Notes: generated by a model from the letters alone, not told the origin. DNA of 64,000 nucleotides from Macrostomum hystrix (GCA_950097015.1 CATNEN010000001.1:21328001-21392000), one strand, 5' to 3'; shown: positions 23,020 to 36,632, counted from the first letter of the stretch. Made by a program: numbers and translations.

Positions 23020-25060
23020 GACTGCTAGTTGAAATGAGCTGAAAAGTAAACTTTTGATGACAGTTTAAACTTGGAACTTTCATTATTGCTTAATTTATCT
23101 AGCTAGATAATTATATGAAGGTGCTGTTTTCTAAACTATTCATATTACTTTATCTAACTTCTAAGTTAATGCGGTAGAACAAATTTAAATCATAACATTT
23201 TTAGGTGAATCATATTTTTTATATCACAAAAGGATAAATAATTTTGAAAAATATACCATCTTTAACAAAAGTATAATAATCTCCAATACAAAAGGAGGAC
23301 TTCTAGTAAGCAAAAAAGCAACAGCTTATAGCCTAATCAACTTTTTGAAGCATGGTTGTCTTACTAAAAACACAGTAATTAAAATGTATTTTAAAGGAGT
23401 AGGCCCTAAATTATTTTCTCTGTTTTAGATTGTGACCTATGAATTTATAGACAAGGAATATTACCTGGAGCAACTGGAAGTGAAATAACCTAAGGAGGAG
23501 AGGAGGAGACTACTTGTGCCAATACAATATTCTACCTTCATGATTCATGTATTCAAGTAAACTAGATAATACTAATAAGTAATACTGATTGCAATATAAT
23601 TTATTTAGATCTTTCTACTTTATACACTATAAAACTGTCTAAGAGTTACATAGCATCAAAAAAGTACATTTCTTAAAATAAAATAAATGTTTGCAATAAT
23701 CCATATTTCTCATTTTATCCTATAAATATTGTATATAGCTCAATTTACCTAGATCTTTAACAGTAAATAAGTAGCCTGTAAAATTCATCATTAAGTTAAG
23801 AAGATAAATGAGACATTTTATTACCTCATTAAATTGCCTCAACTAAACTTTAAGCAGAACAGAATCTAAATTATATTTAGATAACATAAATATAGGTCTA
23901 GTCATATGTTTAATGAACAGTAGCCTAAATGTTTTAAAATTTAGAACCATAGTCTTTTAGGAACAAATTTGTAACTTAGATTTGGGATAGTGTGTTTGAA
24001 AATTAACCAAATAAAACTAATATAACTACGAATTCGGGCATTAATTAGAAGACCTTTACAAAAATTCCCGAGAGTGGAGTGGACAATTATTTATTTTCCA
24101 AATTGATCATTTTGGAATAGTTTGGAATATTTTATGAACGCTCCGCGTAACTTTAAACAAATATTGACGAAGTTAGACTCTTGCAGACTGTTAATAGCAT
24201 ATCTCTAGTGCAATAATAATTGCTAATTTGATAATTCAGCAAAAAAATTCTAAGTCAATGAATACATTTTATAAATATTCGTAATAATCAAGCATATACA
24301 ACCGCGTGAAACAGTCTAGCTGCAACAAACTTTTATAATCTGCATGCCTAAATTATAGTTAATATTATTATTGCTTTGCTGGGTCCTTCCTGTCCTGAGC
24401 CGGCAAGCACATACACAACGCCAAGGTTTTTTAGTATAGGGTTATACTAGCAGCAGTGGGATCCTTGCACCGCACATGCATTCACCCAAAAGTTGTCGTT
24501 TCTAAATGTGAGCTTGAAAATAGTACGCTTTATAAATAAATTCCATATTTGAGTGAAACTGAAACCGTTAGCTAACAATAATATTTGCCCTGACGTATTT
24601 AAAACAATACATTTCAGCATTGCAGGCGACCACTGCAGCAGAGATGAGCACTGCCACTGCTGGATTTGAACATGTGCCACCGCCTAGTGTGATGACAGTG
24701 GCATTCTGGATGATATTTTGACAAAAACAGTTTTATATTATAATTAAATATTTCGAATAAATTATTTCGATTTTATATGCATGAACGTGCAAGATTTGGA
24801 CCACGGGAAAATGCAATTGAAGATAGGCAGTAAGTCTTAGTCTATGGCACACTAGATATTAGAAACACTGTTATTGTACCATAACGCTTGGGTCTCTGGT
24901 ATCTATGGTCTACAGTAGAATTAGTTTAATACGTGCAGTGAGCAAATACTGGGCAAACATTTCCTATATCGCAGCTTTGCTGTATTTGACATGCAGCGAG
25001 TTTAAGTAAATTATATTTTTTTCCATTAAATGATTAGAAAAGTGCAAGCCATCACTAGAC

Positions 25061-27138
25061 ATGCCAAAATACCTTGCAATTCTCAGCTCGGACGATCAGG
25101 ACACATTGAACCAGCCTAGCTGTTTCAAACTGGTGATGTTCTATGCCAAAGTTGACAATCAGCTGCTGCTGAGAAGAACGCTGCCGCAGCTGCAGTATGT
25201 GGCCGCCAGATATGTAATTCGATATCCCAGTCTCAAATTTTACATGATTAATCGGCAAATTGCTGATAAGCATCCGATGGATATTTCTACCAGTCCAGCA
25301 GGTAAGCTATTAAAGTCGGTAACATTTTCAGTAAATACAGATGCCAATTATGCCACCACTTCCTTGAATACTTTTTAGTAGACTACAATTTCCTTGGAGA
25401 TCATTCAGTATACTAACATTTCCTTGGAGATCATTCAGTAGACTAACATTTCCTTGGAGATCATTCAGTAGACTAACATTTCCTTGGAGATCATTCAGTA
25501 GACTACCATTTCCTTGGAGATCATTCAGTATACTAACATTTCCTTGGAGATCATTCAGTAGACTACCATTTCCTTGGAGATCATTCAGTAGACTACCATT
25601 TCCTTGGAGATCATTCAGTAGACTACCATTTCCTTGGAGATCATTCAGTAGACTAACATTTCCTTGGAGATCATTCAGTAGACTACCATTTCCTTGGAGA
25701 TCATTCAGTATACTAACATTTCCTTGGAGATCATTCAGTATACTAACATTTCCTTGGAGATCATTCAGTAGACTACCATTTCCTTGGAGATCATTCAGTA
25801 TACTAACATTTCCTTGGAGATCATTCAGTATACTAACATTTCCTTGGAGATCATTCAGTAGACTAACATTTCCTTGGAGATCATTCAGTATACTAACATT
25901 TCCTTGGAGATCATTCAGTATACTAACATTTCCTTGGAGATCATTCAGTATACTAACATTTCCTTGGAGATCATTCAGTATACTAACATTTCCTTGGAGA
26001 TCATTCAGTATACTAACATTTCCTTGGAGATCATTCAGTATACTAACATTTCCTTAGAGATCATTCAGTATACTAACATTTCCTTGGAGATCATTCAGTA
26101 GACTAACATTTCCTTGGAGATTATTCAGTATACTAACATTTCCTTGGAGATCATTCAGTAGACTAACATTTCCTTGGAGATCATTCAGTAGACTAACATT
26201 TCCTTGGAGATCATTCAGTATACTAACATTTCCTTGGAGATCATTCAGTATACTAACATTTCCTTGGAGATCATTCAGTAGACTAACATTTCCTTAGAGA
26301 TCATTCAGTATACTAGCACATATGTGAAGATCCTTCAGTAGACTAGCACATCTGTGAAGATCCTTCAGTAGACTAGCACATCTGTGAAGATCCTTCAGTA
26401 GACTAGCACATCTGTGAAGATCCTTCAGTAGACTAGCACATCTGTGAAGATCCTTCAGTAGACTAGCACATCTGTGAAGATACTTCAGTAGACTAGCACA
26501 TCTGTGAAGATACTTCAGTAGACTAGCACATCTGTGAAGATACTTCAGTAGACTAGCACATCTGTGAAGATCCTTCAGTAGACTAGCACATCTGTGAAGA
26601 TCCTTCAGTAGACTAGCACATCTGTGAAGATCCTTCAGTAGACTAGCACATCTGTGAAGATCCTTCAGTAGACTAGCACATCTGTGAAGATCCTTCAGTA
26701 GACTAGCACATCTGTGAAGATCCTTCAGTAGACTAGCACATCTGTGAAGATCCTTCAGTAGACTAGCACATCTGTGAAGATCCTTCAGTAGACTAGCACA
26801 TCTGTGAAGATCCTTCAGTAGACTAGCACATCTGTGAAGATCCTTCAGTAGACTAGCACATCTGTGAAGTCAGCCACTGTATTGCTGCACTGTCACAAAA
26901 CGGTTTCCCAATTCGCGCAGCGGGAACCCAGCTATGCATCCAGTTCGTCTTCTGGTCCACCATCCGGCCCATCAGCTACGGTGGCTCGCTAAAGTCGGCC
27001 AACTTCGTCGAAGAACTGTGCGACTTTCTCGAGAGCATCATGGACAACATCAAGTCTGTAATTGAGATAAATGACACTCTACTGCGTGCAATTGACTTGT
27101 CCGACCCGGAAATGGTTGAGAAGTCTGGGAAACATTGA
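25061..27138 (+). CDS. Thioredoxin-fold-like protein lacking CXXC (~152 aa); exons 25061-25301 and 26921-27138
   Basis: Donor g|gtaagc and acceptor ttcgcgcag join in phase 1, giving MPKYLAILSSDDQDTLNQPSCFKLVMFYAKVDNQLLLRRTLPQLQYVAARYVIRYPSLKFYMINRQ..GTQLCIQFVFWSTIRPISYGGSLKSANFVEELCDFLESIM..GKH*. The LVMFYA strand, the helix, the KFYMIN strand and Y.G...EL.DFL follow the Trx/PDI pattern (inference). Confidence 0.7.
25366..26869. repeat. Two-part 30-nt minisatellite filling the intron
   Basis: Unit A tccttggagatcattcagtagactaacatt up to about 26315; unit B tctgtgaagatccttcagtagactagcaca after that. Confidence 0.95.
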
Positions 27139-27629
27139 CGGCTTTGTTAGAAATGGAACTTCGGCTACTGCTAGTAATATACATAGTGCTTAATGCATAC
27201 AAAGACGCTTTTTCGCGACATAAAACGCTGATTAGAAAAAAACCAACAATAATATATTGGATCAGAATTGCATGCTACGATTCTTGTTTTATCAGTTTTG
27301 CAAAATAATTTGCGTTCGGATCTCTAAAGTCTAAACGCTGTCTGAGGCGTGTTAAAAGTATTGATAAGCGCGCTATGTACGTAGAACCAGCAATGTTGTC
27401 TAGATAATGAAAAATAGGTCTACATTTAGAATAGCAGTATTTATAGTTTTTTGGAATGTCAATCATTCAGTAGATGATAATGTAATACATTTTGATTATT
27501 ATATATATATATAATAAGCCGATATTACTTTTTTATACATTAACAAAACCTTGCTGATATGAATTTGTTAAATCAGTGTGAATGCTTGTTTGATAATAGC
27601 ATAATTCGTGTTAGCTGGTACAGTTAAAG

Positions 27630-27830
27630 CTAGCTAGCTGGTGGAAGCTGTGACAGCTGGGACAAAAGCTAGTAGAAGCTGTGACAGCTGTGACAAAAGC
27701 TAGTAGAAGCTGTGACAGCTGTGACAAAAGCTAGTAGAAGCTGTGACAGCTGTGACAAAAGCTAGTAGAAGCTGTGACAGCTGTGACAAAAGCTAGTAGA
27801 AGCTGTGACAGCTGTGACAAAAGCTAGTAG
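27630..27830. repeat. 31-nt minisatellite
   Basis: Unit agctagtagaagctgtgacagctgtgacaaa. Confidence 0.9.
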
Positions 27831-28234
27831 AGCATGAATTTCTATTCTTATTTAGCTCGTAAATACCTGATCTTATCAGATGCCATCATGCCATGTATAT
27901 TCTTAAAGAAGCCATTTCTGTCTGTGATTAAGAACTGAACCGAGTCTCAGCAGCACGGCTGCCCAGTAATTTTCAGTACGGATATAATTTTAGACGCGGG
28001 ATTATTCATCAAACACAGACGGCTTGGAATTACAGGGGCCTTGCAGTCTTTTCTGCTTCAAGGAAGTTGAGAAATATCGCAAAACAACACACTTTAGACT
28101 GCTGAATATAGATTGCAAATACTTATCATTGTAATTATACAGACAAACGCACAAAAGCAGGTGTGATTACTGGACAAAATATGTGTATCACTAAGGCTAG
28201 TATTCTCCACGTTAGGGGGTCAAATATACTCCTC

Positions 28235-29692
28235 TGACAAAGCTTTGACAGTTTTGATACAAGCTTTGACAGTTGTGACACAAGCTTTGACAGTTGTGAC
28301 ACAATCTTTGACAGTTGTGACACAAGCTTTGACAGTTGTGACACAAGCTTTGACAGTTGTGACACAAGCTTTGACAGTTGTGACACAAGCTTTGACAGTT
28401 GTGACACAAGCTTTGACAGTTGTGACACAAGCTTTGACAGTTGTGACTCAAGCTTTGACAGTTGTGACACAAGCTTTGACAGTTGTGACACAAGCTTTGA
28501 CAGTTGTGACACAAGCTTTGACAGTTGTGACTCAAGCTTTGACAGTTGTGACACAAGCTTTGACAGTTGTGACACAAGCTTTGACAGTTGTGACACAAGC
28601 TTTGACAGTTGTGACACAAGCTTTGACAGTTGTGACACAAGCTTTGACAGTTGTGACACAAGCTTTGACAGTTGTGACTCAAGCTTTGACAGTTGTGACT
28701 CAAGCTTTGACAGTTGTGACACAAGCTTTGACAGTTGTGACTCAAGCTTTGACAGTTGTGACACAAGCTTTGACAGTTGTGACACAATCTTTGACAGTTG
28801 TGACACAAGCTTTGACAGTTGTGACACAAGCTTTGACAGTTGTGACACAAGCTTTGACAGTTGTGACACAAGCTTTGACAGTTGTGACACAAGCTTTGAC
28901 AGTTGTGACACAAGCTTTGACAGTTGTGACTCAAGCTTTGACAGTTGTGACACAAGCTTTGACAGTTGTGACACAAGCTTTGACAGTTGTGACACAAGCT
29001 TTGACAGTTGTGACACAAGCTTTGACAGTTGTGACACAAGCTTTGACAGTTGTGACTCAAGCTTTAACAGTTGTGACTCAAGCTTTGACAGTTGTGACTC
29101 AAGCTTTGACAGTTGTGACTCAAGCTTTGACAGTTGTGACTCAAGCTTTGACAGTTGTGACCCAAGCTTTAACAGTTGTGACACAAGCTTTGACAGTTGT
29201 GACACAAGCTTTGACAGTTGTGACACAAGCTTTGACAGTTGTGACTCAAGCTTTAACAGTTGTGACACAAGCTTTGACAGTTGTGACTCAAGCTTTGACA
29301 GTTGTGACACAAGCTTTGACAGTTGTGACTCAAGCTTTGACAGTTGTGACTCAAGCTTTGACAGTTGTGACACAAGCTTTGACAGTTGTGACTCAAGCTT
29401 TGACAGTTGTGACTCAAGCTTTAACAGTTGTGACACAAGCTTTGACAGTTGTGACTCAAGCTTTGACAGTTGTGACACAAGCTTTGACAGTTGTGACTCA
29501 AGCTTTGACAGTTGTGACTCAAGCTTTGACAGTTGTGACTCAAGCTTTGACAGTTGTGACTCAAGCTTTGACAGTTGTGACACAAGCTTTGACAGTTGTG
29601 ACTCAAGCTTTGACAGTTGTGACTCAAGCTTTGACAGTTGTGACTCAAGCTTTGACAGTTGTGACACAAGCTTTGACAGTTGTGACACAAGC
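28235..29692. repeat. 21-nt minisatellite, source of the 543/486/282 aa repetitive ORFs
   Basis: Unit acaagctttgacagttgtgac. Confidence 0.95.
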
Positions 29693-31614
29693 ACGTAGAA
29701 ATTAGGACAATGCTGTGACACAGTCGTAGAAGGAGATCTCCCAGGAGATCTCATATTTCGTTGCAAAGAAGTCTGTCAATGAGCGCCCTGTAAGTAAATA
29801 TGGAACAAGCAAGGCCGACTATTAAAAGATTCACACGGTAAACACAAGACACAGCACCCTTTAGCGCAGTGCATCATTATCAAGCATCTTTACCTAGGGA
29901 AGCACTTCTAGATAGAAAATTTGTGCCTTTTAGAAAGGCAAGGTTAACTAAAGATTTGCGGATAAGAAAAACAGGATGTTAATTAGTTTAGTCGCTAATG
30001 ATCCTCATAATAACAGGACAGCTTGATGACTGATAATCATCTCAGCTGTTCTTACTGTTTCAGGTGTGCTAAGCTCAGAAAGCTAATCTTAAGACATCAA
30101 GGCAGGCTGGGAAATGATGATGAGAAGATGAGAGGTCCTCTAGCCGATGATTTCCGGCGCCCGTTGTCGCAAACCAGTACCTCTTTGGAAGACTAAACAC
30201 TGCGCAGCAACCCATTCTAGGATTTGGGATTTAATTAACACTTGGCGTTCGGTTCAACTCAATTATTTCTTGATTGAAACAAATTGTTAGAAAAATCATA
30301 AAAAAGGTAATTAAAATGATCAATTATGTCAAGAATAATCTGGGTTGTTAGAACATTCTGCACAGACTGCAGTCCGTTGTATGATGTTGTGTGTCTAGTC
30401 TAGCAGATAAATTTATAAGTACATTTATCAACCGAATTTTTATGGATTAAAAAATAGTGTTTCTATTTCTTTGCTTGATTTATATATTTTTTGATTGGCT
30501 GATTGATTTTTCAATTCGTTTATTTATTGTATGAATAATTAACTAAAACATGAACAAATTATTATTTTTTTAATTGACTGATAGATTGAGTAACTAGGCC
30601 TAGTAAGTATAAATATTTAATATTGAGAATGGCTGAGTGACTGAGTAACTAACTGGTTGATTGTCAATTTACGCTTGAATACAGAAGTTTTAATGCAATA
30701 ATTTATTGATTGATAGTTTGACAGATGAAGAAATACTAAGCATTTTCGGTGACTTTGTTTGCTTTCAATACTCAATTGACATTGTTGACTTGACTTGATA
30801 AATTTGTACCTTTCTTGCCTTTTATTCCCAGCATTTCCTGTCCCACCTGCGTGATGCGGCGTTCTCTAATTCCATAATTCTTTTCAGATTTTTGTATCCT
30901 AGAAAATGCAGATTTGATAATAATTTTTCCATGCCAATACCTTGAATCCCAGATCCGCATCTCCCCTTTGATTAGTCTCGAGTGCGGGCTCAGGGATTTC
31001 ATGGAAACCCCCCCCCCTACGCAGTTCCGGGCCGAGCTCGGCTCACTGGGGAGGGGAGATTGGGGGTCGGATGGGAAGTCGGGATGTGAGGAGATGATGA
31101 CAGAATCAGCGCAATGCCCAGCTCACACTGGGCCAGCAGGATCAAGACGGAGATTTCGGAGACAGCATGGCCAAGGCATTCGTGTTTACATCGCCGAGTC
31201 ATTTCTCATCTCTGTGAGTATCACTGGGCCGAAATCCATTTCAACTCAAACAGACTACCAGGAGATTGTGGCGTAGGGGTGGCTGGCCGGCTGACTTCGA
31301 GTTAATCAGCTCCGGGGATGACAAAAGATCCTCTGTACGGATGTCCGCTAGGGAATTAAGAAATTTTTAAAAAACATATCTGCTTGAAAGCGGATAAAGG
31401 AAAAATAACATGGGGAAATTCTGATGAAAATTATTGAAAAACTGACCGAGAAGCATTCTTAATGCACTCTATTTTGTTCAACAAAATCCCCAGCAGTTCC
31501 TGCTGCTTTTACTGCTTTGCAATGCGAAACCCATTATGCGCCAGCACTGCACTGTAAGAATGGAAGAATTATTTATACTCACCTGTTACTAGCAATACCC
31601 CGCCAAACAGAGAT

Positions 31615-31918
31615 GACACCCTGTCTAACAGGTAATACCCTGTCTAACAGGTAATACCCTGTCTAACAGGTAATACCCTGTCTAACAGGTAACACCATGT
31701 CTGACAGGTAACACTATGTCTAACAGGTAATACCCTGTCTAACAGGTAACACCATGTCTGACAGGTAACACTATGTCTAACAGGTAACACCATGTCTAAC
31801 AGGTAACACCATGTCTAACAGGTAACACCATGTCTAACAGGTAACACCATGTCTAACAGGTAACACCATGTCTAACAGGTAACACCATGTCTAACAGGTA
31901 ACACCATGTCTAACAGAT
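31615..31918. repeat. 19-nt minisatellite
   Basis: Unit tgtctaacaggtaacacca. Confidence 0.9.
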
Positions 31919-32248
31919 ATTTAACAGAAACTGTTTATCCCAATTCAGAATACAATTTATATTTTTCATACACGGTGAATTCAGTTTGTGAATGCCAGTC
32001 TGTTAGAATGTTGCACTTTTGCCGAACAGCAAATACCATCAAATTAAAAAAGCATGAAAGAGGAAATCTATTTAACGGTTTTGAAACCGCACTGAGCTAA
32101 ACAACGCCGAATCTGATTTTTTTAAATAAAACACAGCGAATAAAAATACTTATTGTGTTGCAGCCACCTGCAGGAATAGGATGATGGTACCTGGACAGTT
32201 GCTAACTCTGTAGGTGAAATCCATGAAAAAGTTATCTCATTAATTTTT

Positions 32249-33000
32249 CACCCGTGTCTAACAGAATGCACCCGTGTCTAACAGAATCCACCCGTGTCTA
32301 ACAGAATGCACCCGTGTCTAACAGAATCCACCCGTGTCTAACAGAATGCACCCGTGTCTAACAGAATCCACCCGTGTCTAACAGAATGCACCCGTGTCTA
32401 ACAGAATACACCCGTGTCTAACAGAATGCACCCGTGTCTAACAGAATCCACCCGTGTCTAACAGAATGCACCCGTGTCTAACAGAATACACCCGTGTCTA
32501 ACAGAATGCACCCGTGTGTAACAGAATGCACCCGTGTCTAACAGAATGCACCCGTGTCTAACAGAATCCACCCGTGTCTAACAGAATGCACCCGTGTCTA
32601 ACAGAATCCACCCGTGTCTAACAGAATCCACCCGTGTCTAACAGAATCCACCCGTGTCTAACAGAATGCACCCGTGTCTAACAGAATGCACCCGTGTCTA
32701 ACAGAATCCACCCGTGTCTAACAGAATCCACCCGTGTCTAACAGAATCCACCCGTGTCTAACAGAATCCACCCGTGTCTAACAGAATCCACCCGTGTCTA
32801 ACAGAATCCACCCGTGTCTAACAGAATCCACCCGTGTCTAACAGAATCCACCCGTGTCTAACAGAATGCACCCGTGTCTAACAGAATCCGCCCGTGTCTA
32901 ACAGAATGCACCCGTGTCTAACAGAATCCACCCGTGTCTAACAGAATCCACCCGTGTCTAACAGAATCAACCTGTGTCTAACAGAATCAACCTGTGTCTG
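32249..33000. repeat. 20-nt minisatellite
   Basis: Unit cccgtgtctaacagaatcca; shares TGTCTAACAG with the 19-nt array. Confidence 0.95.
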
Positions 33001-33539
33001 CTATTTTTTGCTATTGAACAAATGCCGAGACACTTGTGCGGAATGAAATATAGATCAAAGTATTTTTTCACTTCCTAGTATCATATCTGATAAAGTCGGT
33101 ATTATCAATAATAAATATGTGAATCAGCATGATATTTGGGTTTATTGCATTTTATTTATATCGACTGACAATTTTCTTTTGAGTGAGATCGACAGAAATA
33201 AATATGATATTGCCATATTGACATAAATTGTCTGTAGCAACACTCACCTTTGCAATCTTTGTGACTTTGACGATTCTCGCCTAAAAATATTCGGTCATTA
33301 ATAGTTATTCCGCAGTTATCAGTCTTAGATCATAAAGATTGATAGCGAAAATATTTTTTGCGCAAGAATAATTGCTTTTTTGAAATAGCAATTTTATATT
33401 AGTTTTAGCGAACCCCTTTCTAGTCTCGACAATTTAGGAGGATTTAGTTTTTTCTGAAACAGGATGATAGTTTCTGGATGGATTTTCAAGGGCTTTGCGA
33501 ATTAACTAAGGGAAGACTCCGATAAGTGGTTCTCGGAGA

Positions 33540-34350
33540 AAGAGGGGGATTAGGGAGAGGGATCAGGGCGAAAGAATCAGGGAGAGGCGATCAGGGAGAG
33601 GGGATCAGGGAGAGGGGATCAGGGAGAGGGGATCAGGGAGAAAGAATCAGGGAGAGAGGATCAGGGAGAGGGTATCAGGGAGAGGGGAGAGGGGAGAGGG
33701 GATCAGGGAGGGGGATCAGGGAGAAAGAATCAGGGAGAGGGGATCAGGGAGAGGGGATCAGGGAGAGGGGATCAGGGAGAGGGGATCAGGGAGAGGGGAT
33801 CAGTGAGAGGGGATCAGGGAGAAAGAATCAGGGAGAGAGGATCAGGGAGAGGGTATCAGGGAGAGGGGAGAGGGGAGAGGGGATCAGGGAGGGGGATCAG
33901 GGAGAAAGAATCAGGGAGAGGGGATCAGGGAGAGGGGATCAGGGAGAGGGGATCAGGGAGAGGGGATCAGGGAGAGGGGAGAGGGGAGAGAGAATCGGGG
34001 AGGGGGATCCGGGAAAGGGGATCAGGGAGAGGGGATCAGGGAGAGGGTATCAGGGAGAGGGGAGAGGGGAGAGAGAATCGGGGAGGGGGATCCGGGAAAG
34101 GGGATCAGGGAGAGGGGATCAGGGAGAGGGGATCAGGGAGAGAGAATCAGGGAGAAAGAAACAGGGAGAGGGGATCAGGGAGAGAGAATCAGGGAGAAAG
34201 AAACAGGGAGAGGGGATCAGGGAGAGAGAATCAGGGAGAAAGAAACAGGGAGAGGGGATCAGGGAGAGAGGATCAGGGAGAGGGGATCAGGGAGAGAGAA
34301 TCAGGAAGGGGGATCCGGTAGAGGGGATCAGGGAGAGAGATCAGGGAGAA
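33540..34350. repeat. Purine-rich ~14-nt minisatellite
   Basis: Unit gatcagggagaggg and variants. Confidence 0.9.
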
Positions 34351-34919
34351 AATAGGATTTCGCACTTCGTTTAGCCTGAAAGTGAATGAAAGTGAAAGAC
34401 TTCGTGACCCGGATGGGCAGGTGAAACCTGATTGAGACGTGTCCCAGATGGCAGTGCAGGTAAGTGCAGAGCGCTGATATTTGCTTATGGAATTGGCAGC
34501 GCTTTCAAACAGAAGCTTCCGATGAGTCACGGACTGCAGGTGCAAGGATGTTCGTAGGCGTATGAAGAGGCGTGACGGTGCGAATGGAAGACAGACAACA
34601 GCAGACACACATCTGGGGTATTATATTTTTGCATTCTATGCAGTCTCAAGCTTGTCGGGAATAAGTCACGACCTGGTTTTTGTGTGGCAATTATAATCTG
34701 TTCTGACTCTTTTTGAAAAAAAAATTGTCTCTTTAAGCCTGCATTGGTAAGTCTCTTAGAAATTTAAGTTCATTTTGAAACTGCCTTTTTTTATTGAACT
34801 GGCGTTAAAACTTTGCGAACAAATTAATTTTTTAACTAAAAATACTCTTCGCCGACTTTCCCTCCGAAAATGACTATTCAATCGGGTCGACTATTCACCC
34901 AGCGAATCGATCATTTCGT

Positions 34920-35341
34920 CTTCGAGTCGACGAATTCCTCTTAGAGTCGACGATTTCCTCTTATAGTAGACGATTTCCTTTTAGAGTCGATGATTTCCTC
35001 TTAGAGTCGACGATTTCCTTTTAGAGTCGACGATTTCCTCTTAGAGTCGACGATTTCCTTTTGGAGTCGACGATTTCCTCTCAGAGTCGACGATTTCCTC
35101 TTAGAGTCGACGATTTCCTCTCAGAGTCGACGATTTCCTCTCAGAGTCGACGATTTCCTCTTAGAGTCGACGATTTCCTCTTATAGTCGACGATTTCCTT
35201 TTAGAGTCGACGATTTCCTTTTAGAGTCGACGATTTCCTCTCAGAGTCGATGATTTCCTCTCAGAGTCGATGATTTCCTCTTATTAGAGTCGACGATTTC
35301 CTCTCAGAGTCGACGATTTCCTCTTAGAGTCGACGATTTCC
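34920..35341. repeat. 20-nt minisatellite
   Basis: Unit ttagagtcgacgatttcctc. Confidence 0.9.
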
Positions 35342-36079
35342 GCTCCGATTTCCGCTCCAATTTCCGCTCCAACACCTGAGATTCCTCTCAGAATCTTATT
35401 CTGAATCATTCTACAAGCTAAGTCAGCTGGTAGGTTGCAAAAAGTCCCACTGCCAGTTGCCCTTCAATCCAATTCCCTCCCACATTCCCAGTTGCAGGAC
35501 AGCTCTACAAAATCTTCCCAACGCGTGAGCCGCCTCTACACCAGCCGCCTTCCGCGAAGCATCCCCACCTGACGACAATGATCGCCTCTGTCAGCCGGCA
35601 GTAGTCTGGTATTGAGTAGGCAAGGCTTGGATTCAACTGAAAGGGTTAAATAATGAAGAAGTACACAGCGATTTGCATTCAAATCTGCCCTGAGTCGGAA
35701 GCTGTTCAGCAACAATGACAAGCGGTTGGGCAAAGGCCAACGGAAGCCGACTGCTCAATATGGGAAACACGGGGGGAGTCGTGTTTTGCGCATATCGGCT
35801 GCAAATAAATCGCTGCTTGGACTGAAGGGAGCAGTGTTGACAATCGGTGAATTGCATCGCTGCATGGTCGGCTGATTATTGTACTGCTCTTTCAAAGAAA
35901 TCGTCTGTACAACATTCTTTACCACCCACGCAGTTTGGGTCCAGAATCTGAGTAGAAATTTTTGTTTAGTCTGCGCACTAAGTAGAACTCTTACGCCATT
36001 TACCAGCTCAGAATACTACGCTACTTCATGCACTAATAACCTCTCACACGTTTATAGGCTATTAAACATTTTCTCCCTG

Positions 36080-36632
36080 AAGTCCTCCCTGACTTCTGTA
36101 CCCCTTCCCGAAACTAATAACCCACCCCTCCTCCCTGCCTTCTGTACCCCTTCCCGACACTAATAACCCACCCCTCCTCCCTGACTTCTGTACCCCTTCC
36201 CGACACTAATAACCCACCCCTCCTCCCTGACTTCTGTACCCCTTCCGATCACTGACAACCCATCCCTCCTCCCTGACTTCTGTACCCCCTCCCAAAAATG
36301 TTAACCCACCTCTCCTCCCTGACTTCTGTACCCTTCCAGTAACCGAAAACCCCCCCTTCTCGCTGACTTTCGTACCCCTTCCCGTCACTGATAACCCAAC
36401 CCTCCTCCCTGCCTTCTGTACCCCCTCACGACAAAGTTAACCCACCCCTCCTCCCTGACTTCTGTACCCCTTCCCGTCACTGATAACCCACCCGTCCTCC
36501 CTGACTTCTGTACCCTTCCCGTCACTGATAATCCACCACTCCTCCCTGACTTCTGTACCCTTCCAGGAATCGAAAAACAACCCCTTCTCGCTGACTTTCG
36601 TACCCCCTCCCGAAACTGATAAGCCACCTCCT
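36080..36632. repeat. Diverged ~45-46 nt C-rich minisatellite
   Basis: Unit resembling cccacccctcctccctgacttctgtaccccttcccgacactaataa. Confidence 0.85.

Noticed and set aside
24373-24722. GC-richer islands with splice-like borders upstream of the Trx-like gene
   Set aside because: Plausible short frames exist on both strands; none could be chosen or linked to a gene.
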